Shown here: piece by piece, positions 32,227 to 43,311 of the stretch | Position numbering within the stretch: position 1 is the stretch's first letter | Layout of the letters: each line of letters begins with the position of its first letter | NCBI GenBank assembly: GCA_963754655.1 | Contig: CAVWGN010000001.1 | Coordinates: forward strand, 928,001 to 992,000 | DNA length: 64,000 bases | Direction: 5' to 3' | DNA from: an uncultured Chlamydiae bacterium | GTDB taxonomy: Bacteria; Chlamydiota; Chlamydiia; Chlamydiales; Parachlamydiaceae | Program-made: the position numbers and the translations under genes | The notes under the pieces: generated by a model | What the model was told of the DNA's origin: nothing | Seen by the model: the letters and a program-made list of their open reading frames with translations, nothing else | Databases searched by the model: none

Positions 32227-32404
32227 CGATGAACGTGAATTATGCTTTGAACATTCCCTGCTGAAGATGCTCCACCGCATAGAATAGCAATAGGATAGCT
32301 ATCTGATTTAGGTGCACTAAATTAGCTGATCACACCGGGCGCGGCCTTCTGAGTAACAATCACATGTGATTATTAAATGAATAAATAAAAATACTGTTTT
32401 CAAT

Positions 32405-32826
32405 CCCACATTCCTAGACCAGGAAGATAAGTTTTTTGAATTAGATAAGAGCTCTGTCGTTAGGCCTGAAGGGCCGTCATGTTACAGCCCAGGTCGAAGC
32501 GAAGCGGAGGCCTGGGTAAAATAAAAAAGAATCGAGTCCTGAAAGGACGGCATACTCAAAGGAGTGATTTCGCTTCGCAAGGGAATGGAGGATTTTCTAT
32601 CTCTACATTAGCTCTAGAAGGAGAAAAAAATATCTTGCTTCTCAAAAAGAACACCAAATATTTGTGGGATTAATTTATGCCGTCCTTTCAGGACTCGATT
32701 CTTTTTTTATTTTACCCAGGCCTTCGCTTCGCTTCGACCTGGGCTGTAACATGACGGCCCTTCAGGCCTAACGACAGAGCTCTTAACTAATTCAAAAAAC
32801 TTATTCTCCTGGTCTAGGAATGTGGG
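32405..32826. mobile_element. 422-bp palindromic MITE with CCCACATT ends, copy 1
   Basis: ~150-bp inverted arms containing the three-hairpin core; near-identical copy at 44914. Confidence 0.9.
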
Positions 32827-32869
32827 TAACTCCTTCTTAATCCGGATCAATAATAGATCATGTAAGATT

Positions 32870-33635
32870 TTAATTCTTTACGCATTCATACAAAATGACA
32901 TCATCATTGCTTGCCTCTATTCGAGAGTGAGGCTCTGCTTGCCATTTACCTATGATTTTTAAGTTGTGTTGTTCTAGTAATTTTTCGATCTCTACCGGCT
33001 CATAGTGTCTTACATGATAATCTTCTACTTCTGTCCGTAAGATTAGATTCTCTTCCCATAATTCATAGCGGAAAAGACCCGTTTCTACATGCGTCATGGG
33101 ATCGAAACGTGAAAGTATGTTGATAACAATTTTTGATCCGTCAGACCTAGTAACCCATCTGCCTCTCCCTACACCTTGAGGCTCACGAATTGCTTTCAAC
33201 GTTTCGATTTCAACAACGAATTTCCCACCATGCTTTAATCGATCTGCAATGAATGTAAGAGCTAAGTTAACCTGTTCTGACGTTATTAAATGGCCAAATG
33301 ATCCGCTTGGTATAAAGATTAAGTTATAAAGCTCTGTTAAGGAAAATGTTTCAAAAGTTGCTTCTCGTAGGTTAGTAATTAAACCTCGTTCCTCGCACTT
33401 CCTGCGGCACATATCAAGCATATAAGGCGAATAGTCAAAACCTGTAACAGTATATCCATGTTCAAGAAGCGGAATAAGAAAACGGCCTGTTCCGCACATA
33501 GGTTCAAGTATGGGGCCATCGGCCTCTTTTGCATAATGCAAATAGCAGTCAAGTGCATCTTTTGGGGCCGGTTGGCTTATCCAACTCATAGTATTCGGTA
33601 CACAGTGCTCTGTAGGGAACCGATTCTTTACTCAT
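32870..33635 (-). pseudogene. Class I SAM-dependent methyltransferase, frameshift near 5' end
   Basis: ILEPMCGTGR; N-terminus MSKESVPYRALCTEYYELDKP is in a different frame from the body. Confidence 0.75.
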
Positions 33636-33693
33636 AAACATCTTTTCTCACTAGAATTTATCTTTTTTACTCTAAGCTCGTGCAAAACGTCTT

Positions 33694-34329
33694 CTAAAAT
33701 GTTCCTAGCTTTTCGAGAATGAAATCAATTCTTTCTTTAACAGCTATTTTCGGGATAAGAACTGTCTCATAACCGAAATTCTTGTACTTGATAAGAAGTT
33801 CATCAAACTCTTTTTTTGCAGATTCAAAATCATGCTTCCGCTCTTTATCGCCTTTAAAAATCTCTTCCCAAGGAGGAACTAGGAATACTAGACGATTGTA
33901 TCTAAAGTTTTTAGCTGCCTGCTGAAAATATTCCGGCTGAGATGGATCTAATTGAACAGCATCAATAATGCCTCGATCAAAAAAAATAAACTTTTGTGAT
34001 TCTTTCTGAGAATTAAACTGAAATAAGTAGCGAGATAAAGCTAGTTCCAAAAACTTATTAAGATTTATCCAGGGTAAACCATTTCCGCCGATTGCAGTTT
34101 GTTCTTTTACGATTTGCCGTCCTGGCTCAAGAACGACAGGATAGCCTCGATTTACAAGCTCTGAAAGAAGGGTGGATTTCCCTCCACCAGAGCATCCAGA
34201 AATAACTACATAATTATTTTTGACAATTGGAAAACTAGTCTCGTTTAGATAATTATCCTCTAAATTTTCCGCAGAAATATATGGATTCATAATCAAGCAT
34301 CCTAATAAAATTAATATAACTATTTTCAT
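33694..34329 (-). CDS. AAA_28/NadR-like P-loop ATPase
   Basis: ISGCSGGGKSTL, FFDRG..D, PPW.EI...D.ER. Confidence 0.8.
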   Translation of the reverse strand: MKIVILILLGCLIMNPYISAENLEDNYLNETSFPIVKNNYVVISGCSGGGKSTLLSELVNRGYPVVLEPGRQIVKEQTAIGGNGLPWINLNKFLELALSRYLFQFNSQKESQKFIFFDRGIIDAVQLDPSQPEYFQQAAKNFRYNRLVFLVPPWEEIFKGDKERKHDFESAKKEFDELLIKYKNFGYETVLIPKIAVKERIDFILEKLGTF

Positions 34330-34402
34330 TTAAACCTCTTTAAGCTGCAAAACCCTTGTAAAAAACCTCCTTAAATCACTCACAACTGTTCCTAAAAACG
34401 TG

Positions 34403-35950
34403 TTAAAACGTGTTTATTTTGTTTCGCTCTCTGATTGACCGCCCGGTCCCCGAAATCATTTCTCCCGGCTGTGATAGTTTTTCTATCTCGAAAGACATTT
34501 GTGGACAAATGTCTTTTACGGTTTCTAGAGTCCTGCCCGGAACAGTCACAGGTTGCCCTGTTTCCAATCGGCGATGGAACCTATCAAGAAGAATGGTTTT
34601 CACTTGGCGGTATGGCACATGCAGCCCGATCTCTTGATCGCCAAATCTTCTTGCATAATTCATTGCGGCAACCCGATCACTTAAGTCCTCATGCCCACAA
34701 TTGAGACATTTAAACTTATCTTTATTGCGATTTTTAGAATCCACAAAATCGCAACAAACACAAGTTTGAGATCCATAAGCTGGGTTGACCTGCTCATGAC
34801 GGAAACCTTCCGCCAATGCCTTAAATGCAACTCTTTCTTGAAGCTTTCCCCGCAGCCATGAAGAAAGCCTTCTATTGACAATTTTTGGTTGATAATAAGA
34901 GAAGAGGTGAGATAAATCTTCAGTAATCAAAATGCAAGGTTTTTTATTTCTTAATAACTTATTAATCCCTGTATTGATTTCTCTCTCTAAAGAACTTCTT
35001 CCCTTTTTTTTCACCTTATTCAATTTTTTATTGCCAAGGTTATATTTTTTGATGTTTGTTTTTCTCAAACATTTCTGAAATTGTTTTTTCTCATAAGCAT
35101 GCAGTTTGTGTCTTTTCTGCATTTTTTGGTGCCGATGATTCAAGATCCGGCTCAAGATTTTCCCAAATTGAATTCCATAACGCTTGCCTTCCGTATCAGT
35201 CATGACTTCGCTATACCCAAAATCTACCGCTTCAATGGTCTCTTGAGAAGAAGCCTGTAAAGGTGCGATTTCTTCTGTCACATGGATGAAAAGATCTGTT
35301 TCATCTATCACTAAAGTGATATTGCCCTCTATGCGTCCCTTGCCTTTTACAGGAATGACAATGCGTTTGCCTTTCTCTAAAGACATGATTTTAATATATT
35401 GACATCCATTCTCTTCGAAAACGGTATAACAACTAGAATCGAATTTAATGCTACGAGCCTTTTTAACAACAACTTTTTTTGGTCTTTGCTTTTTCACTTG
35501 CCTTTGAATATAACTGGCTATCTTCTTGCAACTTTTTTCATCGATTTCAAAGCTTGGCTTCGGAACTTTTCCCTGCATCATTGCTGAAAATTGAGAATAA
35601 CCTTTAATCAGCCAATAAGCATAATGACGCTCTTGTTCTCTTTTAAAATGAGAGGCAATCTTTGAGCGAATAATGACAAACTGAGACTTCCAATTCTTGT
35701 CCCAAGTTTCCACCGCATCTTGCAAAGCAAGCTTCCAATGACGCGCTTGCAGGCAATAACTTGAATGATATTTTCGATTGATAAATTCATCTCGAATCTT
35801 ACGGGGCACTCCAAGAAGGGATTGGTATTTCCATGCCTTTAAAACATCTAGCCAGTGATTTTTTTCTTTTGCATAGGCTTTGCAAAGTAATTGAATTGCA
35901 ATCAATTTGTTTTTGTTTAACGGTAAAGCTTTGCGTTTAATTGTTCTCAC
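34403..35950 (-). CDS. tnpB: TnpB-like nuclease, 515 aa
   Basis: RuvC-like AVDFG, ITEDL, DRVAA.N; VNPAY.SQ.C..C and F.C..CG zinc ribbon. Confidence 0.8.
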   Translation of the reverse strand: MRTIKRKALPLNKNKLIAIQLLCKAYAKEKNHWLDVLKAWKYQSLLGVPRKIRDEFINRKYHSSYCLQARHWKLALQDAVETWDKNWKSQFVIIRSKIASHFKREQERHYAYWLIKGYSQFSAMMQGKVPKPSFEIDEKSCKKIASYIQRQVKKQRPKKVVVKKARSIKFDSSCYTVFEENGCQYIKIMSLEKGKRIVIPVKGKGRIEGNITLVIDETDLFIHVTEEIAPLQASSQETIEAVDFGYSEVMTDTEGKRYGIQFGKILSRILNHRHQKMQKRHKLHAYEKKQFQKCLRKTNIKKYNLGNKKLNKVKKKGRSSLEREINTGINKLLRNKKPCILITEDLSHLFSYYQPKIVNRRLSSWLRGKLQERVAFKALAEGFRHEQVNPAYGSQTCVCCDFVDSKNRNKDKFKCLNCGHEDLSDRVAAMNYARRFGDQEIGLHVPYRQVKTILLDRFHRRLETGQPVTVPGRTLETVKDICPQMSFEIEKLSQPGEMISGTGRSIRERNKINTF

Positions 35951-36549
35951 TCTTTTGCCATCTCAATAATTTTCTTCTTATACTTACGCAGTCCATACAA
36001 TCTGCTTGAAAAGCAATGAATAATAGACAGCAAATCTTTTGTCATTTCTTCTTCGGGAGACAATGAATCTGCATTCATGATAACAATTTTTACCCCATGA
36101 TCTTGGCAAAATTTCTCAAACCACTCAAAGCCAAAGCGAACAAGCCTATCTTTATGTGCAATCACAATTTCTGATATTTCACCTTGTTCTACCATTTCCA
36201 TGAGTTTGACAAAGTTTTTTCTCTTATAATTTAGCCCTGATCCAATATCTTCTAATTTCTCCTGGACTTCTTTGCCTGCGGCCAAGCAAAAGGCTTCTAT
36301 TGCTTTCCTCTGAGAAATTAAATCATTTCTTTGTCCGGCGCTTGATACACGACAGTAGGTAATCAACTTCTTAGAAACTGGTTTCTTCCGAGCGACTTGC
36401 AAATACTGGTCATGTGTATAATAACGTCGGTTGGTAATTGAACGATGAGCTTTCAAAATACCATCCCGATCCCACTTCTGCAAAGTTTTTGTTGTACGGC
36501 CAATCAAAGAACCAAAATGCTTAGGAGAATACGTGTTTTTCATAAGCAT
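35947..36549 (-). CDS. tnpA: IS607 serine-recombinase transposase
   Basis: TLQ.WDR.G, YCRVSS..Q..DL..Q, DIGSGLNY.RK, HKDRL.RFGF, FS.RLYG.R. Confidence 0.93.
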   Translation of the reverse strand: MLMKNTYSPKHFGSLIGRTTKTLQKWDRDGILKAHRSITNRRYYTHDQYLQVARKKPVSKKLITYCRVSSAGQRNDLISQRKAIEAFCLAAGKEVQEKLEDIGSGLNYKRKNFVKLMEMVEQGEISEIVIAHKDRLVRFGFEWFEKFCQDHGVKIVIMNADSLSPEEEMTKDLLSIIHCFSSRLYGLRKYKKKIIEMAKE

Positions 36550-36599
36550 ACTTTGGCTTATTCACGTATATTTTTCAATAACTATTATCTACTCTTTCC

Positions 36600-36800
36600 A
36601 AAGTGATAGGTTCATGTGAAATATCCCTTAAAAAAGCATTCCATTTATCTTTTTTGATTTGATTATCATAGAAAGATTCTAAAAAGGCAATGAGAGGAAC
36701 CTCAGCAGAAGTACCGCGATTTTTGAGAACTTGTTGAATAATTTCCTTTAGCTCTTGAAGGTCAAAATTAAATTGTTGAATTGAAACTCCCAAACAAGAT
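36600..36800 (-). pseudogene. Possible AbiEii-type nucleotidyltransferase C-terminal remnant
   Basis: 'F.FD...L...I......RGT...F..........W.AFL' pattern only. Confidence 0.4.
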
Positions 36801-36873
36801 ATGGAACTCATTTGTTCCATTAAATTAGCTGAAGAAATATATAAAGAGTGGAAACGTAAAGCAGGTAAAAATA

Positions 36874-37345
36874 ATGGCTAAGCAAAAAGAAAAATGCCCT
36901 GAATATGAAACCTCATCGGGTAATGTTTTTGCAGATCTTGGGTTAGAACAATCAGACGAGCTTCTCGCTAGTACTCAACCACAGTATTTAGATTGCTTGA
37001 AAGCTCCCGCGGTTGAATTGGCGTAAATGGGTCAATATTAGCACCAATTCAACCCGGGGCTTTGAAGCAATCTAAATAGTGTGGTTGAGTACTAGAGCAA
37101 AACTTCTGAATGATGTAAGCCCTTTAATCAAAAATAGTCGCCTTTCTCAGAAAGACGTTGCTGAAAGATTAGGAATAACGCAACCAAAGGTTTCTATGTT
37201 GGTTAGCGGTCAAGTGGCGGCGTTTAGCGCAGATACTTTGATTCATTATTTATCCATCCTTGGATGTGAAGCGCAAATCCGAGTTAAGAAACCAAGATTA
37301 AAAACAGGGATATTCCGTTATAGAGGCCATATTGCTGTTTGTTAA
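36874..37345 (+). pseudogene. XRE-family HTH (HigA-like) gene disrupted by a 124-bp MITE
   Basis: SSGNVFADLG...ELLA|RAKL...LSQKDVAERLGITQPKVS; removing the insert restores the frame. Confidence 0.88.
36968..37095. mobile_element. Minimal CTAGTACTC-shell MITE
   Basis: CTAGTACTCAACCAC...GTGGTTGAGTACTAG palindrome; CTAG at both ends versus one in the reconstructed empty site. Confidence 0.92.
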
Positions 37346-37402
37346 GACTAACGAAAATAGAGGTTTCTCAAATCCTTTACAAAGAATTTTTCATGGAGAT
37401 AT

Positions 37403-37654
37403 ATGAATTCTAAAGCTTTACCTCCGTTATCACTCTTGGCAAAAACCGTAATCATTAATGGCCTGTATGAGCACTATAAAGGCTTCCGTTATAAGGTTAT
37501 TGCTGTAGCTCGCCATAGCGAAACTTTGGAGGAACTTATCGTTTATCAAGCTTTATATGGAGAAAAAGGCATATGGGTACGCCCACTTGCCATGTTTTTA
37601 GAAAACATTGAAATTAATGGGCAATTTCGACCTAGATTCACAATTATCAAATAG
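37403..37654 (+). CDS. DUF1653-domain protein
   Basis: G.Y.HYKG..Y.V..VA.HSET.E..VYQALYG...WVRP..MF. Confidence 0.9.
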   Translation: MNSKALPPLSLLAKTVIINGLYEHYKGFRYKVIAVARHSETLEELIVYQALYGEKGIWVRPLAMFLENIEINGQFRPRFTIIK

Positions 37655-37785
37655 GAAAGTATTTTAAATTTTGGAAATTTTATCCAACACGATAGAGGAA
37701 CAATGTGGCTTTACCTTTTTCAAAACTCTCAATTGAGACCCATTCTACCCAATGAGAGCTTCCTCGGCCTTCATAGATCAGAATT

Positions 37786-38162
37786 TTGTATACGGGGATT
37801 TCCATGAGCGAGAGAATCACGGGATTATTAATGGTGATGACGTTGTCATTGCTAGTATACTCGATTGCTCAAAGACGCCTGCATAAAGTGCTTAAAGAGG
37901 TGCAAGAAACTTTCCCAAATCAAATACATAAAGAAACGGACAAGAGCCGACTCTTCGTTGGTTTTCCAACTTTTAGAAGGAATCGAGTTAGTAAAAATGA
38001 GCATTAAAAAAACCTTGCACGTAGTCATTTCACGACTAACTGCTCTTAGAAGGTGAATTCTTGACTATTTTGGAAACTCTGTAAGAAAAATCTATGGACT
38101 AGATCTTTAATCTGCTCCAACGAATTGACAATACTGTCTCTAAGGGAAGTGCTCAATGTGGA
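37786..38162 (+). pseudogene. IS1634-family transposase 3' remnant with right end
   Basis: ERI..LLMVMTL.LLVYS.AQRRL...L......PNQ; ends in ...CAATGTGG. Confidence 0.7.
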
Positions 38163-38241
38163 TTGGAATCTTGCAAACATGACCTCAATTACATTGCAAG
38201 CCTGAATCTAATCTTGATCCCAATCTATTAATATTGGAAAA

Positions 38242-38766
38242 GTGATGCATAATTATTCTATTGATGACCAAGTTAGAATTGAAAAAGCCATTATTCTAGT
38301 AAGTTCAAAATTTGCAATGCTTCATAATTTGATCAAACCTACTCTTTTGCACGCGATTAGAGTGGGGAGCTGGCTGTACTTTTATGATTATGAAACAAAT
38401 ATTGTAATAGCTGGATTTTTGCACGACATAATCGAAGACACTGATGTAACTGAACAGAATATTTGTGAAGATTTTGGTGTAGAGGTAGCAAATATGGTAA
38501 TAGCAAATACCAAAGATACCACGATTACAGAGAAGAAGATAAGAAACGATGAACTAATTAAAAGATGTCTCGAGACCAGTGAAAAAGCTTCGATAGTTAA
38601 AGCAGCTGATATACTTGATAATTACAAATACTATTCAAGCCTTAACGATCAAGTCGGAATTGAATATTGCAGAAATAATGCTCTTTCTTTTGGTAAATAT
38701 TTAAAAAAAGCCTATAAGGATAAAATTTTTACAAAGCTCTTTGAAGAGGTAGTTCAAAACAGCTAA
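38242..38766 (+). CDS. Stand-alone HD-domain protein (SpoT/Mesh1-like hydrolase)
   Basis: H..RV, AGFLHDIIEDT, FG.EVA..V, VK.AD.LDN. Confidence 0.8.
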   Translation: MMHNYSIDDQVRIEKAIILVSSKFAMLHNLIKPTLLHAIRVGSWLYFYDYETNIVIAGFLHDIIEDTDVTEQNICEDFGVEVANMVIANTKDTTITEKKIRNDELIKRCLETSEKASIVKAADILDNYKYYSSLNDQVGIEYCRNNALSFGKYLKKAYKDKIFTKLFEEVVQNS

Positions 38767-38782
38767 ATCAACCGATTTAAGG

Positions 38783-39720
38783 GTTTGAAACTGCTTGACT
38801 AAATCTGTACAAATCTCTTGTTATCTAATCAAATGACCAGATTTATTAAGATAGGCGAAGCCGCAAAAATTTTAGGAGTGATATTCAGACTCTGCGAAGT
38901 TGGGAGTCTATAGGATATCTTATTTCTTATCGAAACTCAAAGGGACAAACAAGATATTATGATCTTGATCAATTGCTTGGCAAGAAAATTCTTGAAGATC
39001 ACTTAACAGTTGCTTATGCTAGAGTGTCTAGTGATGATCAAAAAGAAGATCTTAAAAGACAAGCAGAAGTGTTAGCAGATTATTGTACAAGGCAGGGGTG
39101 GAATTTTCAAGTCATCCAAGATTTAGGCTCTGGGATGAATTATCAAAAAAAAGGACTCAGAACTCTTCTTAGCTTGATTTTAGAAAAGAAAATGTCTCGC
39201 TTAGTTTTGACGCATAAAGATCGCTTGCTTCGATTTGGTGCAGAACTTATTTTTGCTCTTTGTGAGGCAAAGCAAATTGAAGTTGTTATTATCAATAGAG
39301 AGGGCGAAATCTCATTTGAAGAAGAATTAGCTCAAGATATACTAGAAATCATTACTGTTTTTGCTGCCAGGCTGTATGGGAGTCGAAGTCGAAAGAATCA
39401 AAAACTTGTAGAAGCAGCGAAAGTGCTAATCAGCAAATGAATGATGCTATGACATTGACTTATCAAAGTGATTATCATTGTCTGAAAGACAGCAAGAGAT
39501 TTTCTCAAAGTGCGCATTCTTATTTAATCACACAGAATATTCTTTATATGCGGAAGTTGCAAAAGGCAAAACTGCTGCTTGCAAGAATGATTTCTAAAAA
39601 AAATATGGAATCACTGCCCGTCAGTTTAATGCATGCCGCAGCAGCCTGGAAGGAAAATCGCTGCCTGCCAAGCAAGCGCGAATCTTGCAGCTGAGACTTT
39701 AAGAGGGCAAATTGCACTTG
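38783..39720 (+). mobile_element. IS607-family element 3, degraded (frameshifted tnpA, tnpB remnant)
   Basis: IGEAAKILGV HTH from 38833 in a shifted frame; AYARVSSDDQK, DLGSG.NY, HKDRLLRFG, F.ARLYG.RS in 38973-39440. Confidence 0.82.
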
Positions 39721-40032
39721 GCGCAAATTTTGATTAGCAATCCAACTGTTGAATCGGTTGCTAAGCAGTCTGGTGTTTCCGCTAAACAAATATTTGATTG
39801 GCTTAATCAGCTTATTTCCCGGTAGGAATTAGAAAATAAGAAGAATGAGGGATACTTGTTCGTATGTCTGAAAATTGTTCTAAGGAGAAACTTCTAAAAA
39901 TTTTTTCCAAAATTTTCTGACGAGGTCTAGTTATCTTCTCCATAATTTCGTTGTTGAAATTGAATGAAAGTCATTGTGATTTCTGTTATAGTTTTCTTTT
40001 AATATGGAAGCAACCCATGTGAGCAGAAGTGG

Positions 40033-40641
40033 ATGATGAACAAATCAGTGATTTTTGATTGTGATGGTGTTTTAGTTGACAGCGACATCATTTCAAATAG
40101 GATTGACGCTGAGGCTTTAACTTCTTTTGGTTACCCAATAACAGTAGAAGAGAGCATCAGGAGGTTTACGGGGCTGAACACAAAAGCTGTTCGTCAAATT
40201 ATTTTGAACGAATCCACCATGGATATCCCTTTAGATGACTTAAACTCACAGCAGCCGACTGTCTTAAAGGCTTTTGAAACTGAGCGCATCTCTTTGATTA
40301 AACGTGTTTTAGAAATTCTTGATAAAAAGAAGATTAGCCGGCGCGTAGCCTCAAGCAGCCAAAGAAATCGTGTTGTTCGATGCCTTGAATTGACTGAACA
40401 GTTCATATATTTCAACGATCAATCGATTTTCACGTCTCAACAAGTATCCAACGGAAAGCCTGCTCCAGATTTATTCCTCTTTGCTGCAAATCAAATGGGA
40501 TTTCATCCAGAAGATTGCATTGTAATCGAAGATAGTTCAGCAGGTATTGAAGCAGCTATCTCAGCTGGTATGCGTGTCATTGGTTTCTTAGGGGGAGGCC
40601 ATGCCCACCACCATTGGTATCAAGAAAAAATTTATACTTAA
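40033..40641 (+). CDS. HAD-family phosphatase (C-terminus possibly truncated)
   Basis: IFDCDGVLVDS, GKPAPDLF, VIEDS..G..AA. Confidence 0.88.
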   Translation: MMNKSVIFDCDGVLVDSDIISNRIDAEALTSFGYPITVEESIRRFTGLNTKAVRQIILNESTMDIPLDDLNSQQPTVLKAFETERISLIKRVLEILDKKKISRRVASSSQRNRVVRCLELTEQFIYFNDQSIFTSQQVSNGKPAPDLFLFAANQMGFHPEDCIVIEDSSAGIEAAISAGMRVIGFLGGGHAHHHWYQEKIYT

Positions 40642-40687
40642 AATGTAGCAATTGCCAGAAATTGCAACGAACTCATAAAGGTATTAA

Positions 40688-41929
40688 ATGTTAGATGAAT
40701 CCACAGCTCATTTACATGAAATAATAGACGATGCTACCAGATTGATGACTGTATATTTTAAAACGACTGTCAGTTTTTCTAAAGTTATTCAACTTAGCGA
40801 GCCCGATAGACGCAATGTGATTTTGAGGCTGCTGATTGATAATCCCCAAAGAGGCATGCCCCAAACTATAATTTTGAAACAGACAGCTACTGAAACAAAC
40901 AAATTTGATACTGCTAAAAGTGAAACAGAAATAGAAAAGCTTAGCAGGTTTGCCCACGATTGGGCAGGGATTGAGTTTTTGACAGAAATAGGGACCGATC
41001 ATGCCCCACATTTTTATGCTGGCAGTTTGGAGCATAAATTCATACTCATTGAAGATTTAGGTCTCTCGCATCCAAGTCTTGTGGGACCACTGACTCGCTC
41101 GCCTTCCATTGTAAATGTTCAAGAGGCAGAGTCCGCTTTAATAACCTATATACGTCGCATCGGTAAAATGCAGGTAGACACCTTAGGGAAATCCGCTCAG
41201 TTCACTTCCATTTTAAATAGAGTTTACCCCCAAGCCCTACGCTTTAATTTTCTTTCAGAAGTTGACGCCTCGGATACGCTTAATCGATTTAAATTATTGA
41301 TAGGTCAGGAATCGAAGGAATTAAGTCAGGAAATCCACAGAGTTCTTGAGTTCTCTAAATCTGATGGTGATTTTCATGTTCTTCTACATGGCGATATTTG
41401 CCCTGATAACGTTTACTACCAAGGCGATGAAATTAAGCTGATCGACTTTGAATTTGGTGATTTTGGAAATGCGCTAATTGATGCTGTGTATTTGCGCATG
41501 AACATGCCGAGTTGCTGGTGTTCCAAAGCTGTGCCAGAAACGGTGCTTTATAAAGTGGAATCTGCTTATAGAGAAGAATTAAAGAAAGGAATTCCAGAAG
41601 CAAACGATAATGCTGCTTATGACAAATGTTTAACTTACGCTTGCGCCTATTGGTTAATTAGGACGATAAGCACAATGGATGTAGACCGTGAATGGATTTG
41701 TTCAAGTGGACCTGTAGATTCTGATTCTCAGTGGGATCCTAAGGAAAATGGATTTAGACCAAGAATATTATCGAGGCTCAAAGCTTTTATAGATTGTTCG
41801 AGAAATACAGGTCATCTCTCTAAATTTTGTGAAGCTTCAATCTTACTATTATCACATTTTAAAAAAGTCTGGCCAGAATCTCGATATATTGATGTTTTTC
41901 CAGTTTTTAAGGAGCAAAATAATGAATAG
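40688..41929 (+). CDS. APH/choline-kinase-like phosphotransferase
   Basis: LIEDLG, HGDICPDN, LIDFE. Confidence 0.8.
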   Translation: MLDESTAHLHEIIDDATRLMTVYFKTTVSFSKVIQLSEPDRRNVILRLLIDNPQRGMPQTIILKQTATETNKFDTAKSETEIEKLSRFAHDWAGIEFLTEIGTDHAPHFYAGSLEHKFILIEDLGLSHPSLVGPLTRSPSIVNVQEAESALITYIRRIGKMQVDTLGKSAQFTSILNRVYPQALRFNFLSEVDASDTLNRFKLLIGQESKELSQEIHRVLEFSKSDGDFHVLLHGDICPDNVYYQGDEIKLIDFEFGDFGNALIDAVYLRMNMPSCWCSKAVPETVLYKVESAYREELKKGIPEANDNAAYDKCLTYACAYWLIRTISTMDVDREWICSSGPVDSDSQWDPKENGFRPRILSRLKAFIDCSRNTGHLSKFCEASILLLSHFKKVWPESRYIDVFPVFKEQNNE

Positions 41930-42240
41930 CAAAAGACAGATCGCTTTAGTTACAGGCGCCTCATCAGGCATTGGGGAAGCGATTTCTAAGGAACTCAGTA
42001 AACGTGGCTGGTTGGTAATTGGTATTGCCCGATCACCTGATAAGCTTTCCCAGCTTAAAGAAGAATTAAAAGATGCTTTCATTCCTATAGTCTGTGATGT
42101 GTCTAAAAAGGAAAGCATCGAAGAGGCTTCTCAAAAAATCTTGGTACAGCAATTTTGTCCCTCTCTGTTTTTTTAATGCTGGCATAGCTGGAGAAGCTGT
42201 TATCGAGAATCCTAATTAGTTCGATCTCAAAATCCATGCA
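41922..42240 (+). pseudogene. Truncated SDR, paralogue of 24690-25448
   Basis: ALVTGASSGIGEAIS.EL.KRGW.VIGIARS.DKL nearly identical; frameshift, then truncation. Confidence 0.8.
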
Positions 42241-42800
42241 CTAATAGACTCCAAAGTTCCTACACCTCATCTGATTTATGCAGATGAAAACCATCGTCCC
42301 TTTGCTTATGCAATTTTTCAGTTGATAGAGGGCAAGCATATCTCTGAAGTCTCATCAGAACTAAAAAAACCCACTGTCATATGAGCTAGGTTCAGTACTT
42401 GCTTCAATTCATAGATTTAAATTTCAAAAGGCTGGGTTATTGGAGATGGAATCACAATAGCACAACCTTTTGAAGCTAGCTCACGTCCTTATTCTGAAGA
42501 GGCTTTCAGAGTATTATCGACTGGTCAATTTGTCCGAAGTCGGTTAGGCGATAAGCTCTCTAACGAAATGCTTGACTTCATGCTACAAAACAAAATTTTT
42601 TTTCCTCGGTGGATGAGAATATATGTCTCACTCATTCAGATTTCAAGCCCGTCAATTTACTTTACAAAACAGGTAACGTGCTCGTGTTAGATTGGGAGTT
42701 CGCTCATGCAGGTATTGGAATACTTGATTTTGCGATTTTACTACGTCATCGAGATCAATTCCCTTTTGACTCCAAATCTTTAGTTAAAGGGTATTCTGAA
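42240..42800 (+). pseudogene. Degraded APH-family phosphotransferase
   Basis: HSDFKPVN and LDWEFA motifs; upstream part broken. Confidence 0.65.
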
Positions 42801-43260
42801 ACTCGCGTAAATGCATGTCATCCCAACATGTAGTGTTTTCTAGTAGATGGACAACACGCACTGGATCGCTCACTTCCCACTTATTGTCAAACCACACCTC
42901 CGGTGCTAGTTTTTGCAAGGGATCTTCAAGTGAGAGCTTGCCTTCATTGGCTAGCAGGACTGCGAGGGAAACAAATCCCTTAGAAACCGACCCTATGCGG
43001 AATAGTGTTGCTGCGGTTACAATCCGATCATTGGCTAAATCAACCTTGCCTAGACCAGCTATCCACTCGGGATTATCTCGATTCACAATTGCAATGGACA
43101 TACCTGGTATGTGCATATCTTGAAGTACATGTTCAAGTTGCCTTTGCAATTCTTCGATAGACTGAGCCGGCTTTTTATTTTCAGTGATATTTTGAGAGGA
43201 GCATGAGATTCCAAGAAAAGCTAAAATAGCTATTAAAATCAGAGATTTTATGCATGGCAT
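42784..43260 (-). pseudogene. Serine hydrolase/beta-lactamase-family lipoprotein, N-terminal fragment
   Basis: Lipobox-like GISC; IPG.SIAIV, T.FRIGSVSK (SxxK), L.L.DP; ends at 158 aa. Confidence 0.75.
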
Positions 43261-43311
43261 ATTAAATACTTCTTATTTACTTACGTCTTTCATATTTTTT
43301 AAACCAATTTT

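Larger units (their letters stand above)
34391..36599 (-). mobile_element. IS607-family element 2 (intact tnpA + long TnpB-like ORF); ends approximate
   Basis: Overlapping tnpA-tnpB pair. Confidence 0.85.
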
